From contig NC_043000.1 of NCBI RefSeq assembly GCF_006345805.1, forward strand, positions 55,986,001 through 56,050,000: DNA of 64,000 nt, given 5' to 3'. The notes under the pieces are model-generated. The model was given only the letters and a program-made list of their open reading frames with translations, was not told where the DNA came from and searched no databases. Origin of the DNA: Octopus sinensis (Eukaryota). The translations under genes and the position numbers were made by a program. Each line of letters opens with the position of its first letter. The first letter of the stretch is position 1. Below, in pieces: positions 52,108 to 64,000 of this stretch.

Positions 52108-52430
52108 AAGGCGCGTGGTTAAGTCAGGGTATTTAGCTCACGATCATAAAGTTGTGAATTCGATTCTTGGCGATGCGTGATATCGTTGAGCAAATTACTT
52201 TATTTCACAATGATCCAGTCGACTCAGCTGGCAAAAATGAGTTGCACCTGTAATTCAAAAGACCAGCTTTGTCACATTCTGTGTCACGCTGACTCTCTCT
52301 GACAATTACGAGAAGTGGTCTGTGAAGTACTCAGTCACTTGCTACGTTAATTTCTCGAGCAAGCTGTTCGTTTGATCGGGTCGACTGGAACCCCACCATC
52401 ATAGCCGACGTCGTGCCTGCTGTCGCTATG
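52108..52430 (+). mobile_element. SINE with S3 head/core and tail shared with the 15020 copy
   Basis: GAAGGCGCGTGG head; CAGTCGACTCAGCTGGCAAAAATGAG core. Confidence 0.75.
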
Positions 52431-53042
52431 GTTTGTTGTTGGTATACCGACAATCAACGCTGTTTAAACAGACGTATGAGACAGTAGCAAGTAATTAAAT
52501 GGGTTGGAAAATCCCACACGTCGAGCAGTTTGAATTTACAGAGATAAAACATGCAGTTTGTTGGTAACCTTTGAATTTCTCTACATCAACAGTATTCTAG
52601 AAATGCTTCTTTGATTAAAAGTCTGCTTCATAAAGGCTGACATGAGACTAAATAATAACAGTAACATATAAAATAAGATTTTATTATACATGAATTTTCA
52701 TGTTCCGTTACAGTTACCATTCTCAGTAGAAATTCATGAAAGAAAAATATAAATATGACTATATCGTTTTAGAGTCACTCGGGCTTGTTGATTCACCAGT
52801 TTATGAGTTTAACTACTGATCAAAAGGTCACGACTTGAAACGTTACTAATCATAGAGTATTCGACCATTTGACTACTTTATTCCTGTTAACTCGGATATG
52901 AATAGTCTGAATAGTGTTTTTGGTCACTCTAAATGATAATAAACTAAATAAATAAATAAATAGATAGATAAATAAGTAAATAAATAAATAAATAAATAAA
53001 TAAATGCTGCTGATGATGATGATGATGACGATGACGATGATT

Positions 53043-53556
53043 ATTTTGGGTCTAGAGAGAGGTAGGACGTGGTATGAGTACAAACCGCCGAGAGTGGCGG
53101 AGTCGGCGACCGGAAAAATCCTATGAGATTTCCTAATCCAAACAGATCGAGTGCTTAGACATAACAAGTAGGAATTAGTAGTGGTGGACGAGTTGAACCA
53201 CGTGAGCCATATAATTGATGTTGTGTGCCCCTTTGACTCACGAATGGTCAAGAAAGAAGGCAGAAAAATGGACATATCCTCTTGAGTACGGAATAGCTCG
53301 GCTGTGGAAAATGAAAAAGCTTAAGATAGTGTCAATGGGTCCTTAGAGTCAGTATTAGAAAGCGTCAAGAGGAATATAAAGGAAATCGGAATAGGGTGCC
53401 CAGTAAAGCTGTTACAAAAGGTTTCCCCTCCTTGGCACGACCAGGATAATCATAAAAGTATGAGAGTTGAAAAGAACTGATAGCTTGGTACCGTAGGCTA
53501 CAGGTAGCAAACCCGCTATGCATGCAAGATATCAGGAGTTCCAACAAAACCTGAGT

Positions 53557-53557
<1 letters not shown>
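53043..53557 (+). pseudogene. 5'-truncated RLE-type (R4/Dong-like) LINE 3' end with (AAG)n tail
   Basis: WYEYKPPRVAES..KIL*DFLIQTDRVLRHN..VVVD..IIDVVCPFD..IARLWKMKK..LLQK..GTTRII; (AAG)n 53558-53673. Confidence 0.85.
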
Positions 53558-53587
<30 letters not shown>

Positions 53588-53673
53588 AAGAAGAAGAAGA
53601 AGAAGAAGAAGAAGAAGAAGAAGAAGAAGAAGAAGAAGAAGAAGAAGAAGAAGAAGAAGAAGAAGAAGAAGAA
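53558..53673. repeat. (AAG)n microsatellite
   Basis: Direct reading. Confidence 0.98.
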
Positions 53674-53689
53674 TGATGATAATGATAAT

Positions 53690-53876
53690 GGCTTCAAATC
53701 TTGGTACGAGGCCAGCAATTTCAGGGGAGGGGTAAGTCGATTATATCGACGACAGTATTCAACTGGAACTTATTTTATCGACCCAGAAAGAATTTGAACT
53801 CAGGGCGTAAAGACGGGCGAAATTTCGCTAAGCATTTTGTCCACCATGCTAGCGATTTAGCCAGTTCATCACCTTA
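53690..53876 (-). mobile_element. SINE S2 (internal deletion)
   Basis: Degenerate S2 match. Confidence 0.8.
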
Positions 53877-54059
53877 ATAATCTGAATAATAATACACCTA
53901 AATGAAAAACTGAATCGTTAATTATAATCGCTCAGGAACCATCCTTTAGAGAGAATTTGATAAAGCCAAGGTTTGATAAAAGTGAGACAGCAAACACAGA
54001 AAGCGTGGAAAAGAAGACAAAAGAGTTAAGCAATTTTTTAAGTAATGCAGTAAGCTAGC

Positions 54060-54565
54060 ACAAAAAGAGCAAAAATGTAGGCATTATTGTCTCAGTAAAA
54101 GACTGCATTGAGATGTTAATCAAATCTGTGTGTTGAAAGTGGCGGGAAAGTGGTATGAACAAAGAAGACAAGCTGTTGTGGTGAGATCATTACAGGTTTT
54201 TAAGGAGCGGTTCTAGGGAGATTGATCATATTATGAAAGCAAAGAACCCAAATTTGATTATGGAGAAGGGAGTACAGTGTAAGATCACTAACTTTGCAAT
54301 AATAGAGTAGATTTTAAGGTACCTGAAAAAAATAAGAAACATCAGGGCCTAGCTAGAGAGATGAAGTAATCGTGGAATAATATAAGGTGAAAATTGTTCC
54401 TGTAGTAATTGATGCACTCGATATAAGACCGAAACTGCTACCTTAAAAAGCTTTATGAATTAGAATTGTCGATCTGTAGAAAAGTGCTGAGATCTGAGGG
54501 GACTTATCACCAAACCCGAGGATTATATCTCTGCTAACTAAATTAGCATGTATTAGCGTCTGTAT
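54060..54565 (+). pseudogene. Second RLE-type LINE 3' fragment with (TAA)n tail
   Basis: KWYEQ, DHIMKA.NPNL, KKHQGLAREMK, KVKIVPVVIDAL, CRKVLRSEG traces. Confidence 0.65.
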
Positions 54566-54604
54566 AACAATAATAATAATAATTATTATTATTATTATTA
54601 TTAT

Positions 54605-54814
54605 TTCCACTTTAGACACAAAGCCTGAAATTTTGAAGGGGGTAGCTAGTGGATGATCTCGACCCCTGTGCTCAAATTGTACTTAATTTATCGACTCCGA
54701 AAGGATGAAGGGTAAAGTCGACGATGGCGGAATTTGAACTCAGAACAGAGACGGACAAAATGTCACTAAGCAGTTTGTCCGACATGCTAACGATTCTGCC
54801 AGCTCATCGCCTTA
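54605..54814 (-). mobile_element. SINE S2
   Basis: CCGAAAGGATGAAGGGTAAAGTCGAC..GGCGGAATTTGAACTCAGAAC. Confidence 0.85.
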
Positions 54815-56244
54815 CCGACCCTAGTAATAATAAGATCTGCTGATCAATAATAGTCACGTTACATCTTCCAGTCACTTAAACAGTGGCTTTTCGCGATAAG
54901 TCTCCTTTAAATTGAGTGAAGGATACCATCTGGAACTGTCATTATCTCACCAGTTTAAGGAATTTAATAATTATCAAAATCTTCAAAATAGTTTGTCCAG
55001 ACTATTTTCACTTCCAGCAGATTCTCCTTAACAAGATATATAAATTATGGATTAGGAGATTCAAGTATTTCCCAGCTACCCAACTTAGCCTTAATCTTAA
55101 AGTAGAACTAATAATATTACATATTGGGAGGCCTAACGTATTAAACAAGACCTCTTACAAACATTCTAAGTTTTAAGACAACTTGAGAAATCTTATGTGA
55201 AACCACCCAGTAAAATAGATGCTAAATACCTTCTGTCTACACGATTTTAAAAATCTAGTGAAGTCATTCATAATTTCTATAAGATTTAATTGTATTAACA
55301 CTTGACTGCATTTTAAAGCCGACACAGCTAAAGTAAAATAAACATCAGACATAAAAAAAAACTCCTTCATACAGAGAATACGTTCAAACATTATTAGGAC
55401 TAGGCTTCTAGCTTGCAAATATTTAACATTGAAATGTGTCATCCGTTACGAGAATGAAGTATATTGAAGACTTTTATTAAATGCCTATTTCTTTAATAGA
55501 TACTTCTGATGTTAAAGACGAAAATTTAAGAAATAAATTAAAATAATCTATTACTGTAAAATCTAAAAGTGGAGAACGTGCTTTTTTTCTTCTGTAACAA
55601 CTCGAAAGGATTTCCCCACGCGCACTCACACTCGTTGTACCTACAGTTCGACTAAACCTTGTCTGCCGGCCTGGTACTACACTTCTTCTGGCCCACAAGT
55701 TAAGACATCTGGATCTATTTCATTAGTGACTGTGATTTCTGCAACTTGGTCTTTTACACCTTATGTTATAAAGGCAAAAATTAATAGCAAGGTAATCGAA
55801 ATGTTCATAAACACAGATTCATCTGAAAAATTCACGTATCAAAATTATCTAATCGATTCAATCTGGAAATAAATCTAAAACTAGGTATACTTTTCATGAC
55901 TATTTCCGAACTAACTGAACGAATTAATGGATTCTGTGTAGTTGAAATATTTATCAAAATAGATTATATATAAATTTGTGTTAATGTAATTCTTTGTGTA
56001 CCATTTTGTATTTATAAAAACTACATAAGGAAAATGGAATTACTTATCGTGGACCAGAATCCATTTAAATTTGTGGTTTTACTCAAATACAAGTAGCTGG
56101 GAAGCCAAAATATTTACAAACTCTAATTCAAAACTGCAAACCTGTGGCAACCATACAATGTGAATGATATAAAATCATACAGTGTGAAAGATATGAAATT
56201 TATTGATTCGAAGATTTCGAAACTGTTTAATAGGATTTATAATA

Positions 56245-57371
56245 AAAGGTGCATTCCAGAAGTTTCTAAACTTTTTCATAAGAGACATTTATTAATTTCA
56301 AAGTACAAAACTAATTTCCTCAAAGTAGGATTCTTATTTCTTTACTGCTCACAAGGGTCTACACACAGAGGGGACAAACAAGGACAGACAAACGGATTAA
56401 GTCGATTAGATCGACCCCAGTGCGTAACTGGTACTTAATTTATCGACCCCGAAAGGATGAAAGGCAAAGTTGACCTCGGCGGAATTTGAACGCAGAACGT
56501 AGCGGCAGACGAAATACTGCTAAGCATTTCTCCCGGCGTGCTAACGATTCTGCCAGCTCGCCGCCTTAGTAGGATTCAAAGTAGGATTCTCTGACTTCAA
56601 TGCACTTGTTGCAGTGCTTCAGCCTCTTCATGAAGGCTCCATGAATGCGCTCCAAAGGGAAGGTATTCAGGACTCTAGCCTCCTTCATCTGCAAAACGAT
56701 TGCCTCTAGGATTCTCCCTCAGGTTGAGGAACAACCAAGAGTCACAGAGTGCAAGGGTAGGGGACAGTTTTGATGCCCGTTTATATCAAGAAGTTGGTGA
56801 CCAGGATTCTCGTCACTGAGCATCCTGGGAACAAACTTTGCACGAATTTTGCGCATGTTCTAATCTTCATACACAATTCTGTGTACAGTTGTGACACCGA
56901 CCCCAACATGTAGGCTTATTGCCTTCAGAGACACAAGACAGTCTTCATCTAGAAAATTGTGTATTTTCTCAACCAGCTCTGATGTTTTAACGTCTCTTTC
57001 CGACCCACACCTCTCACCATCTGTCACCTCTTCCCTACCATCCTTGAGCTTCTTGTGCCAGCGAAAAATTTAATCCATTAGCAGCCTGGAGCATTTCATA
57101 AGAATTTGTGGCAGTTTTGCCCAGTCTAACACAAACATAATTGCATAACAAGTTTCCAAACTGCAAGCTTCGAACTAGTCAGCTATGACAAGCAGAGTTT
57201 AGTAGGGTGCGTTGAAAGTGTTGTTACAGCTGTCTCTTTCAAACTGAAATAACATGAGTTGGCAGAAGAGCTTATTAGAAGCATAGTAATGATATATTAA
57301 AATTACAATAATATAGGACAGTTATAACTGCCTCACAAAAACAAAGTCACAAAACTTCTGGAATGTACCTC
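56245..57371 (-). mobile_element. Internally deleted mariner with TIRs
   Basis: TIR cores AGGTGCATTCCAGAAGTTT / AAACTTCTGGAATGTACCT with TA flanks. Peptides FVLDWAK/VRLGKTAT..EMLQ, RKIRAKFVPRMLSDE, CDSWLF, KCIEVRESYF. Confidence 0.88.
56334..56567 (-). mobile_element. SINE S2 inserted in the mariner, 10-bp TSD
   Basis: AGTAGGATTC at 56324-33 and 56568-77. Confidence 0.93.
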
Positions 57372-58370
57372 TAAGAAAGTCATAACGGTAGATGCCGGAT
57401 TTAGATGGAAATTTCAATACGAAAAGGCTTGTAGTAGATTTCTCTTAAGCTATGAAACACTTTACAGTGGTTGACGTTTATACAGTTCCCTGTTTAGATT
57501 ATCTGGTCAAGGTTATATCTATATGTTAATATTTAGTAAAAATTTACTCAAGTGACGTTGTTCAAATTGGCATGATGCGTGTGGAAAACCATACAATGTT
57601 TTCCAAGCAGCGAGGTGTTTATATCAATTAGTACGAGTTCCCATGGGCATTGTAAATGGTGTATCGATGTTTGAGCGTGTTCTCAACTAATTCATCAATG
57701 AAATTAATCTTTAAGTGGCCTATTCGTATTTGGATGATTTATTTTATCTTGTTTTAGTTTGTTGTGAAACAAAATCACAAATACCAACCTTCTTTAAGAC
57801 TGAGAAACGTAACAATCTGACCTTAAGCAAACATAAATGTGGATAGCCATCTATGTATCATGTTTAATGTAAATACATCGTTGAAAGGCAAATTTGCTGC
57901 AGTACACGTCAAGATATAACATCTTACGGGCGTATTATGTTTGTTACGTTTAAAGCCACAATATATATAGAAAGGAAACGAAAACTGTCCCTACAGTGAC
58001 TAGCGAGAACGCCATTTGCATTCCGGCCTCGTTGGGTCCTGTCCATGGCATGTACCCACAGCTAGTCATAGGTGACATAGCTCATCAATAATGGTGTGTA
58101 CTGACAGCAAGCATGTGGCTTACTGTGAGTACACACCATTGACAAAGTTCAGCAAGGTCGAAATGCATCTGACGGTCTTGCTATATGTATTACTATCGTA
58201 AATATGATGGTAATAAATTAAAATGATTTATTACTAGTGGTTAGCAAGCATAAGTAAAAGTCATAAGACTCATTACATGCTAGAAAGGGCATATAAGGAG
58301 TCCTGTCAAGGGTATTCTCTCTATGTATAAAAATATTTTATACACTCTTATATTTAAAAATATATATATA

Positions 58371-59332
58371 CAGGAGTTGGACAAAATAATGGAAACACCT
58401 AGCATCATAGCATCATAATTTTGAAACATCTATAAAACCGTCAAAAGCTTGTTTGTTTTTTTATTTATTATTAGTATTGCTTAATATTTTTTGCTAAGAT
58501 TGCCGTTTCTTTTCAGATATCATCAGAAAAAGATAATTAAAATTCATTAAAATGACAGATCTATCGGACTTTCAAAGAGCTGCACAAGGCTGGAGCGCTG
58601 CAATCAGTAAAACCACTACTTTCAAAAACAAATGATGCAAGGTGCTTAGAGTGGAGTAAAAACCTATAAAATTGGTCCCTATGGCAGTGGAAGAATGTTA
58701 TTTCTTCGGACAAGTCATCCTTTACCTTATTTCCGACCACTGGCCGAGTATACGTGCGGAGACAACCAAAAGAAGCATTTGACCCAGACTGCCTTCTTCC
58801 AGCTGTTAAACATGGAGGATGATCTGTGTGATCGGGGGGGGGGGGGCTATATCTTGGAAATCTGCTTACCCAGTGGTTTCCCTTCATGGCAGAATTAATA
58901 GTCAAGACTATTTAAGCATTTTATTTGATCAAATTCATCCTCTGGTTGCGGAACTGTTTCCGAAGGGAGACGTAATCTTTCAGGATGATAATGCACCAAT
59001 CCACACAGCTAAAGTTGTTACTGAAGGGCACGAGGAACATTCTAATGAAGTTGAACATCTTATCTGGCCACCACAGTCCCCAGATCTCAATATTATTGAA
59101 CGTTTATGGTGCATTTTAGAGTTGATATCCTCCACCATCATCACTACAAGAACTGGAGACTGTTTTAGCTGAAGCATGGACAAAAATTCCTTTGGAAACA
59201 ATTCAAACTTTCAAACTTTGTACAAGTCCATACCTCGTAGAATCCAAGCTGTAATTACCGCCAAAGGTGGTCCTACCCCATATTAAAATAAATTTGTTTG
59301 AAAGGTGTTTTCATTCTTTTGTGCAACTCTTG
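58371..59332 (+). mobile_element. Tc1-family transposon remnant (internally deleted)
   Basis: TIRs CAGGAGTTGGACAAAATAATGGAAACACCT / AGGTGTTTTCATTCTTTTGTGCAACTCTTG; ORF 58819-59172 IFQDDNAPIHTAK...WPPQSPDLNIIERLW. Confidence 0.92.
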
Positions 59333-59365
<33 letters not shown>

Positions 59366-62300
59366 TATATATATTATATATATATATATAGTGTTTTTAA
59401 ACACACCACATTCATTATCTCTGGATGCATACTGCAGTAAATTTGCCTTTCAACGATAATTTAATTTAATTTAATTTAATTTAATTTAACACTGCTTCTA
59501 TTGCAGATAATGTTTACATGTAAATATATTCTAGCCTAAGAATTAATACTTTTTTATTTTATTTCATTTCATATGGAAAATTACATTTGAACCAGAACAC
59601 TTTCAACCTCTTGTAGGGCTTTCTACATTTTGAAGTAGTAATAAATTACATCAGGTACTTGAGTTCTCCGTACACTAAGCCAAATGGATTTCTTCCTACT
59701 TTGGTAGGTGCAAATTTCCGTGTATCTAGGGATGCCATAAAATGTATTAAGCTTATTAAAAATGGCCGCTCCCGATAATGATTTACCTTTTAGTATTAAA
59801 ACAGATGCTACTAATCAAATTATTACTGCAACACTATTACCACATGGTAGACATGTGGTATTTTTCTAGAGATCCTTAAATAACTCGGAGACAAAAACTA
59901 TTACCACATTGTCGAAAAAGGAATGTATGTAGCTACAGAAACTGTGAAAATGAAACATTTCTTTACAAAATACTTTAATTTAGTGATAGTTGAAAAGCCT
60001 GTTTCTTATCAAATTGCCCAAAAAGAAATTTATGCAGCAAAAGAAATTGTGAAATTGAAACATTTCTTCACGAAATATTTTAAGTTAGTGATTGAGCAAA
60101 AGTTGTTTCTTACATGTCTGACATGAAAAGCCTTGGGAAATAAAAAGTAATATTACCCTACACTGAAGTACTGAACTTGTACTTGTTTCAAATACTCGGC
60201 TTATATACTTGGCTCAGAGAAATGTTTACCTACTCTACTGACATCTATAAATTTAGAATTACAACATAATTTCTAGGTACACCCTAGTATAAAATGAATA
60301 TTTCATTTTTACAAAAGAACAGGACCTACCACTTTCTGTGGAAGATGCACCGTTGGTTTGCACCAATTGCTTATACATAATAAAATAAAACTTTACATTT
60401 ATTGCACCAAAGATATTTCTTTATAAAAAGTTACCCTTCCATTTGAACACTTGTCAATAGACTCTAAAAGACCTTTTCCTTTTTCTAATAATTTGAATGT
60501 ATGCTTACATATAACTAATGAATTTTCTCATGATAAAAGTACATCTATCAGTACCTCTACTATTAGAAATTACCTAATTCACATCTCCTGTGTTATTGGG
60601 AATGCCACTGTTTATTCACTCAGATAGATTGAGTAGGAAATGTCCTTCATATCTGTCTAGTTGAAACAATTCCTAAATAAGCATGGAATTTTCACAAGCT
60701 TCATATAATTCTATACAAAACTGACACCGCAGAAGTCATAATGGTATTACCTGAAACTATATAAAGTTAGGCCAAGAAATTAAAAGAATTAAACAATGAG
60801 AGACCGTGATGATAGAAGCTATACGTCCTATATGATCTGTTATGTACAGCCATCGACAAGACATCTCATGAAAGGTTTGCATTTTTTAGAAAGACTTAGC
60901 TCAACATAAATTGACTTTCCGAACTTGGTAAGGATTATCTGTGCCATCATATACATAATTCAAACTTCAAATCGCAAGTGGGTCCCGTAAAACTTCTGAA
61001 GGCCAATCCAAATTACGCTGATATCAGGTTCATAAACAGCGGGTAAGTTTCAGTTTCTACAAGAGATCCAGCTCCCACTCCAAAAAGGTTACTAGGCTGG
61101 TCGTTCGCGATGTACAGCCAGTCAAATGAAAACAATAAATAGATCGGTAGTGATTCAAAGAAATCACTTTATTCTTGTTGATATACTTACATCTGCATCT
61201 GATATCCCTCACTCTATTTTGGGGAATTCTGAATGTGTACCATATCGTGGATCTATTAGAAATTTGTAAACCAGATGAATGTTTAAATTTATAAATTCTG
61301 TTTTCCCTAAGTTATGCTTATAATTTTAATTAGCTACATAATATTACAATTATACTTAGCTAATGTGAACGTTTAAATCTGTAACTTCTGTTTTCCCTAA
61401 GTGGAGCTTATTTTTTAATTGGTTGCATAATATTACTCTTATACTCATCTAATGTGAGCTTAAAAGTGTCTAGTATTGTTATTGCTTTGAGGAAAAATAA
61501 ATAGGTAGGTTTAATATTCTAACGTATGTGATAAATGGTGACAAAGAATGGTGATGCGTATTTACACACACACACACACGGATAGTAACAGTTTATTAAG
61601 TAGAGGTAATGGTGATAACAGCTACATAATTTTAAAAGCATTTATGTTCCTTAAATCTTCTGATATCACAGCATAAATGGCTGTTAATGATATATGTCTC
61701 ATTTAAATGGATATAGGATTATCGATGTTACACTACTTATCACAATACTATCGGTGGTATCTCTTTCCACTTTATTGGTTCATAGAAAGATTTAAACCCG
61801 ACAAAACAAATAATTAATATTTTTGTCAATTATATAATGGTTCTTCGTGCAGCATACAAAAGCGAGCAGTGTGTAATAATGTTTCAAAGTTTTCTTTTTG
61901 TTTTACTTACTGAGAATGGAGGAAGAACAGTATCCAGTTCCTTCACATGCCCTCCGAAGCTGGTGAGATTTGGTGTTGTTAATATTCAGATTAAACATTT
62001 CTTGTCCTTACCATCCAGAAAGACATGATCAGGAAAGACGTTCTGGGGAAGACTAGGCGAAGTATTTAGTGGATGGTGAGGCAAAGATGTGAAATGGAAA
62101 GACAAATGAGTGTGCTTGAGTGGAGGTGGCACAAAGCCAACCAATTCCAAGGAACAGTGGCCACTACAGTAGTGATAAAGAAAAATGAAAAAACGGAAGA
62201 CAACACGCCAGTGGAGCAAAGGCTGGAGTGTATCTATGAGTGAATAGTTTTACGCTAATTGCTTCTCTCTATAATGTGTGTGTAATTTTTCTTCAAAATC

Positions 62301-64000
62301 TTTTTCTAAACGTATTTATTCTTCATAATCTTTCTGAAAACGTTTATGTTTACAGTCTAACTCAAGAAAAAAAATTTTTTTTCAAATTTGCTTGCTTCTC
62401 CGTTAAAGGGTTTTGCTCCAACCATTAGCAATTGCTTCTTACGGAATACGAACTTATCTAGATTTATAGTCTTTGTTGCATATCTATTATTAGGTAGATT
62501 GAGCTAACAAAATTTAAATCTCCTTGCCAAAGGCGGAGTATACTGTTTGCAGTCAGAAATTAACTATCGACCCACAAATAGTTAGTCTGGCATCTCGATG
62601 ACTCAGCCAACTCAAGCACTCTTGTATGTTTGTGAGTGATTCATAGATTTGTGTTCTTCTTCCAGCTCCAAACAATATTGTAAACACGAATATCATTTCG
62701 TAACTGCGTAGTTTGCATTTAGAAAGATATTTTGATGTTAGAAATATGAATAGAAATTCATGCAAATATTTGAATATATAAACCCATCAAACTTAATGGC
62801 AAAATAAAACAAATGTATAAAAAATAATTTCTGAAAATAAAAAACAAGTCGATTTCTGTTTCACCAGAAAGAATCCTATTAGTTTACTTTTACGCTTGCC
62901 TCTGTGATTCTTTCACCATCTTTCACTCGGAAGAAAAGTTATATTAAGTTGTAATTTTGCTTTGAAAAAAAATCTTTGAAAAATTACTGTCACTCAAAGC
63001 AACTAATGCTTAAGTCTGAATACTTGATCAATTAATTATATCAAATAAAATGCGCAAAAATTGTGATTCCCGTGTCAGACAAAAGCCACAGAGAATTTTC
63101 AAAGGTCTTTAAATCCTAACATATTTCTCAGTAATGTCTACTTAAGATTTATCCCCAAGTATCCATATTGTCAAGTGTACAGAATAAAACTAAAGTTTAG
63201 GCTAAGAAGCTTGTCATTTATTCTTACTGAGATACACACGAGTAATGTTAGATTTCTCAGAACACATAAATACATTCGCAACAACAACAATAACAAAACA
63301 GAAAAATTAAAAACAAGAACTAAAATAAAAAGACATCAAGGTATGTAAAGAAAAAGGAATTTTCTAGTATATTCCATCAGAAGAAAATAGATTATTTAAA
63401 TGTCTCCATTGAGAATCAACCTATATATTGTCAGACAGAAACCGTTAACTTGATTTAAACAAGGGCAAAATCTATATAAATGTCAAAATGAAAAATGGCA
63501 AAGTATCATTTTGGAAAATGCTGTTGAATTGACAATACTGTTAAACACAACATTGTTTTCTTTCTTTTCTTCCTGTCCTTCTTTTTTTATATATTTCATT
63601 TTCTTTAGTCTTGCTTTTCTAAAGAGCATAGGTAAATTTCAATCGGCTGAATCATTAGAATACCATAATGCTAACCAAAGATTCAATGGTTTCTGTCCAT
63701 TCTTTGGTGTTGTGCTTTTTGTGTAAGTAAAGACAACTCAGATCTCAATGGACCATCCATCAAGTTACAAACAGGTAGCACGTAAAGATACAATATATAT
63801 TGTAATAAATTATGAACCCAGTATGAGTGATTACTTAGCGCATCATTAAATTACAGTGCTGAGTTTGAGTTCTCCCACAAGCCAAATCAACTACCAAACC
63901 ACTATAATCTCTTTCCTTGCATGATTATGTGGATATTAAGCTTCTGATACAATAAAACAACTATTCATATTATTTGTGTGTTTGCGTATAAGTGTATGTG

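Larger units (their letters stand above)
55770..57850 (+). pseudogene. Ty3/Gypsy pol remnant (protease-RT), split by a mariner insertion
   Basis: Left: NGFCVV, ICGFTQI, NCKPVAT, KSYSVKDMKFIDSKISKL. Right: KRLVVDFS*AMKHFTVVDVYTVPCLDYLV, LYQLVRVPMGIVNGVSMFERV, YSYLDD, NLTLSKHKC. Confidence 0.8.

Noticed and set aside
58495-58530. Minus-strand CTGATGA..GAAAC inside the Tc1 remnant
   Set aside because: No stem II, III or I pairing; chance match.
60820-61110. Possible piggyBac transposase traces on the minus strand
   Set aside because: Only 2-3-residue resemblances; no TTAA/TIR found.
61900-62230. GC-richer purine-rich stretch as an exon
   Set aside because: Multiple stops in the plus-strand frames examined; no recognisable motif.

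Overview
AT-rich, microsatellite-dense eukaryotic DNA with no recognisable intact host gene. The SINE families and repeat landscape look cephalopod (Octopus-like); this is an inference from pattern recall, not a database hit. Almost all ORFs in the supplied track are translations of microsatellites. The identifiable content is mobile DNA. It includes several tRNA-headed SINE families (about 25 copies), three mariner remnants, two Tc1 remnants (one a palindromic derivative), a decayed Helitron helicase and a probable non-autonomous Helitron. It also includes a Gypsy pol remnant split by a mariner that is itself split by a SINE, RTE and R4/Dong-like LINE fragments, and a hAT MITE. There is a 100-N gap at 4453-4552. 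The most notable signal, found by folding by eye, is a set of type I hammerhead ribozyme (HHR) motifs from five unrelated sequence families. Family A is at 491, 1712 and 4554; family B at 2597 and 2645; family C at 4987, 5432 and 5983; family D at 13198; family E at 33070 and 35617. Several have non-canonical cores, long stem II or loop-less palindromic stem III. Four families occur as head-to-head inverted pairs of the same polarity, as expected for Penelope-like pseudo-LTRs. Family C forms a tandem non-coding array of about 550 nt resembling a retrozyme (circRNA-producing element). No folding, alignment or search tools were run, and coordinates are read by hand to within a few bp.
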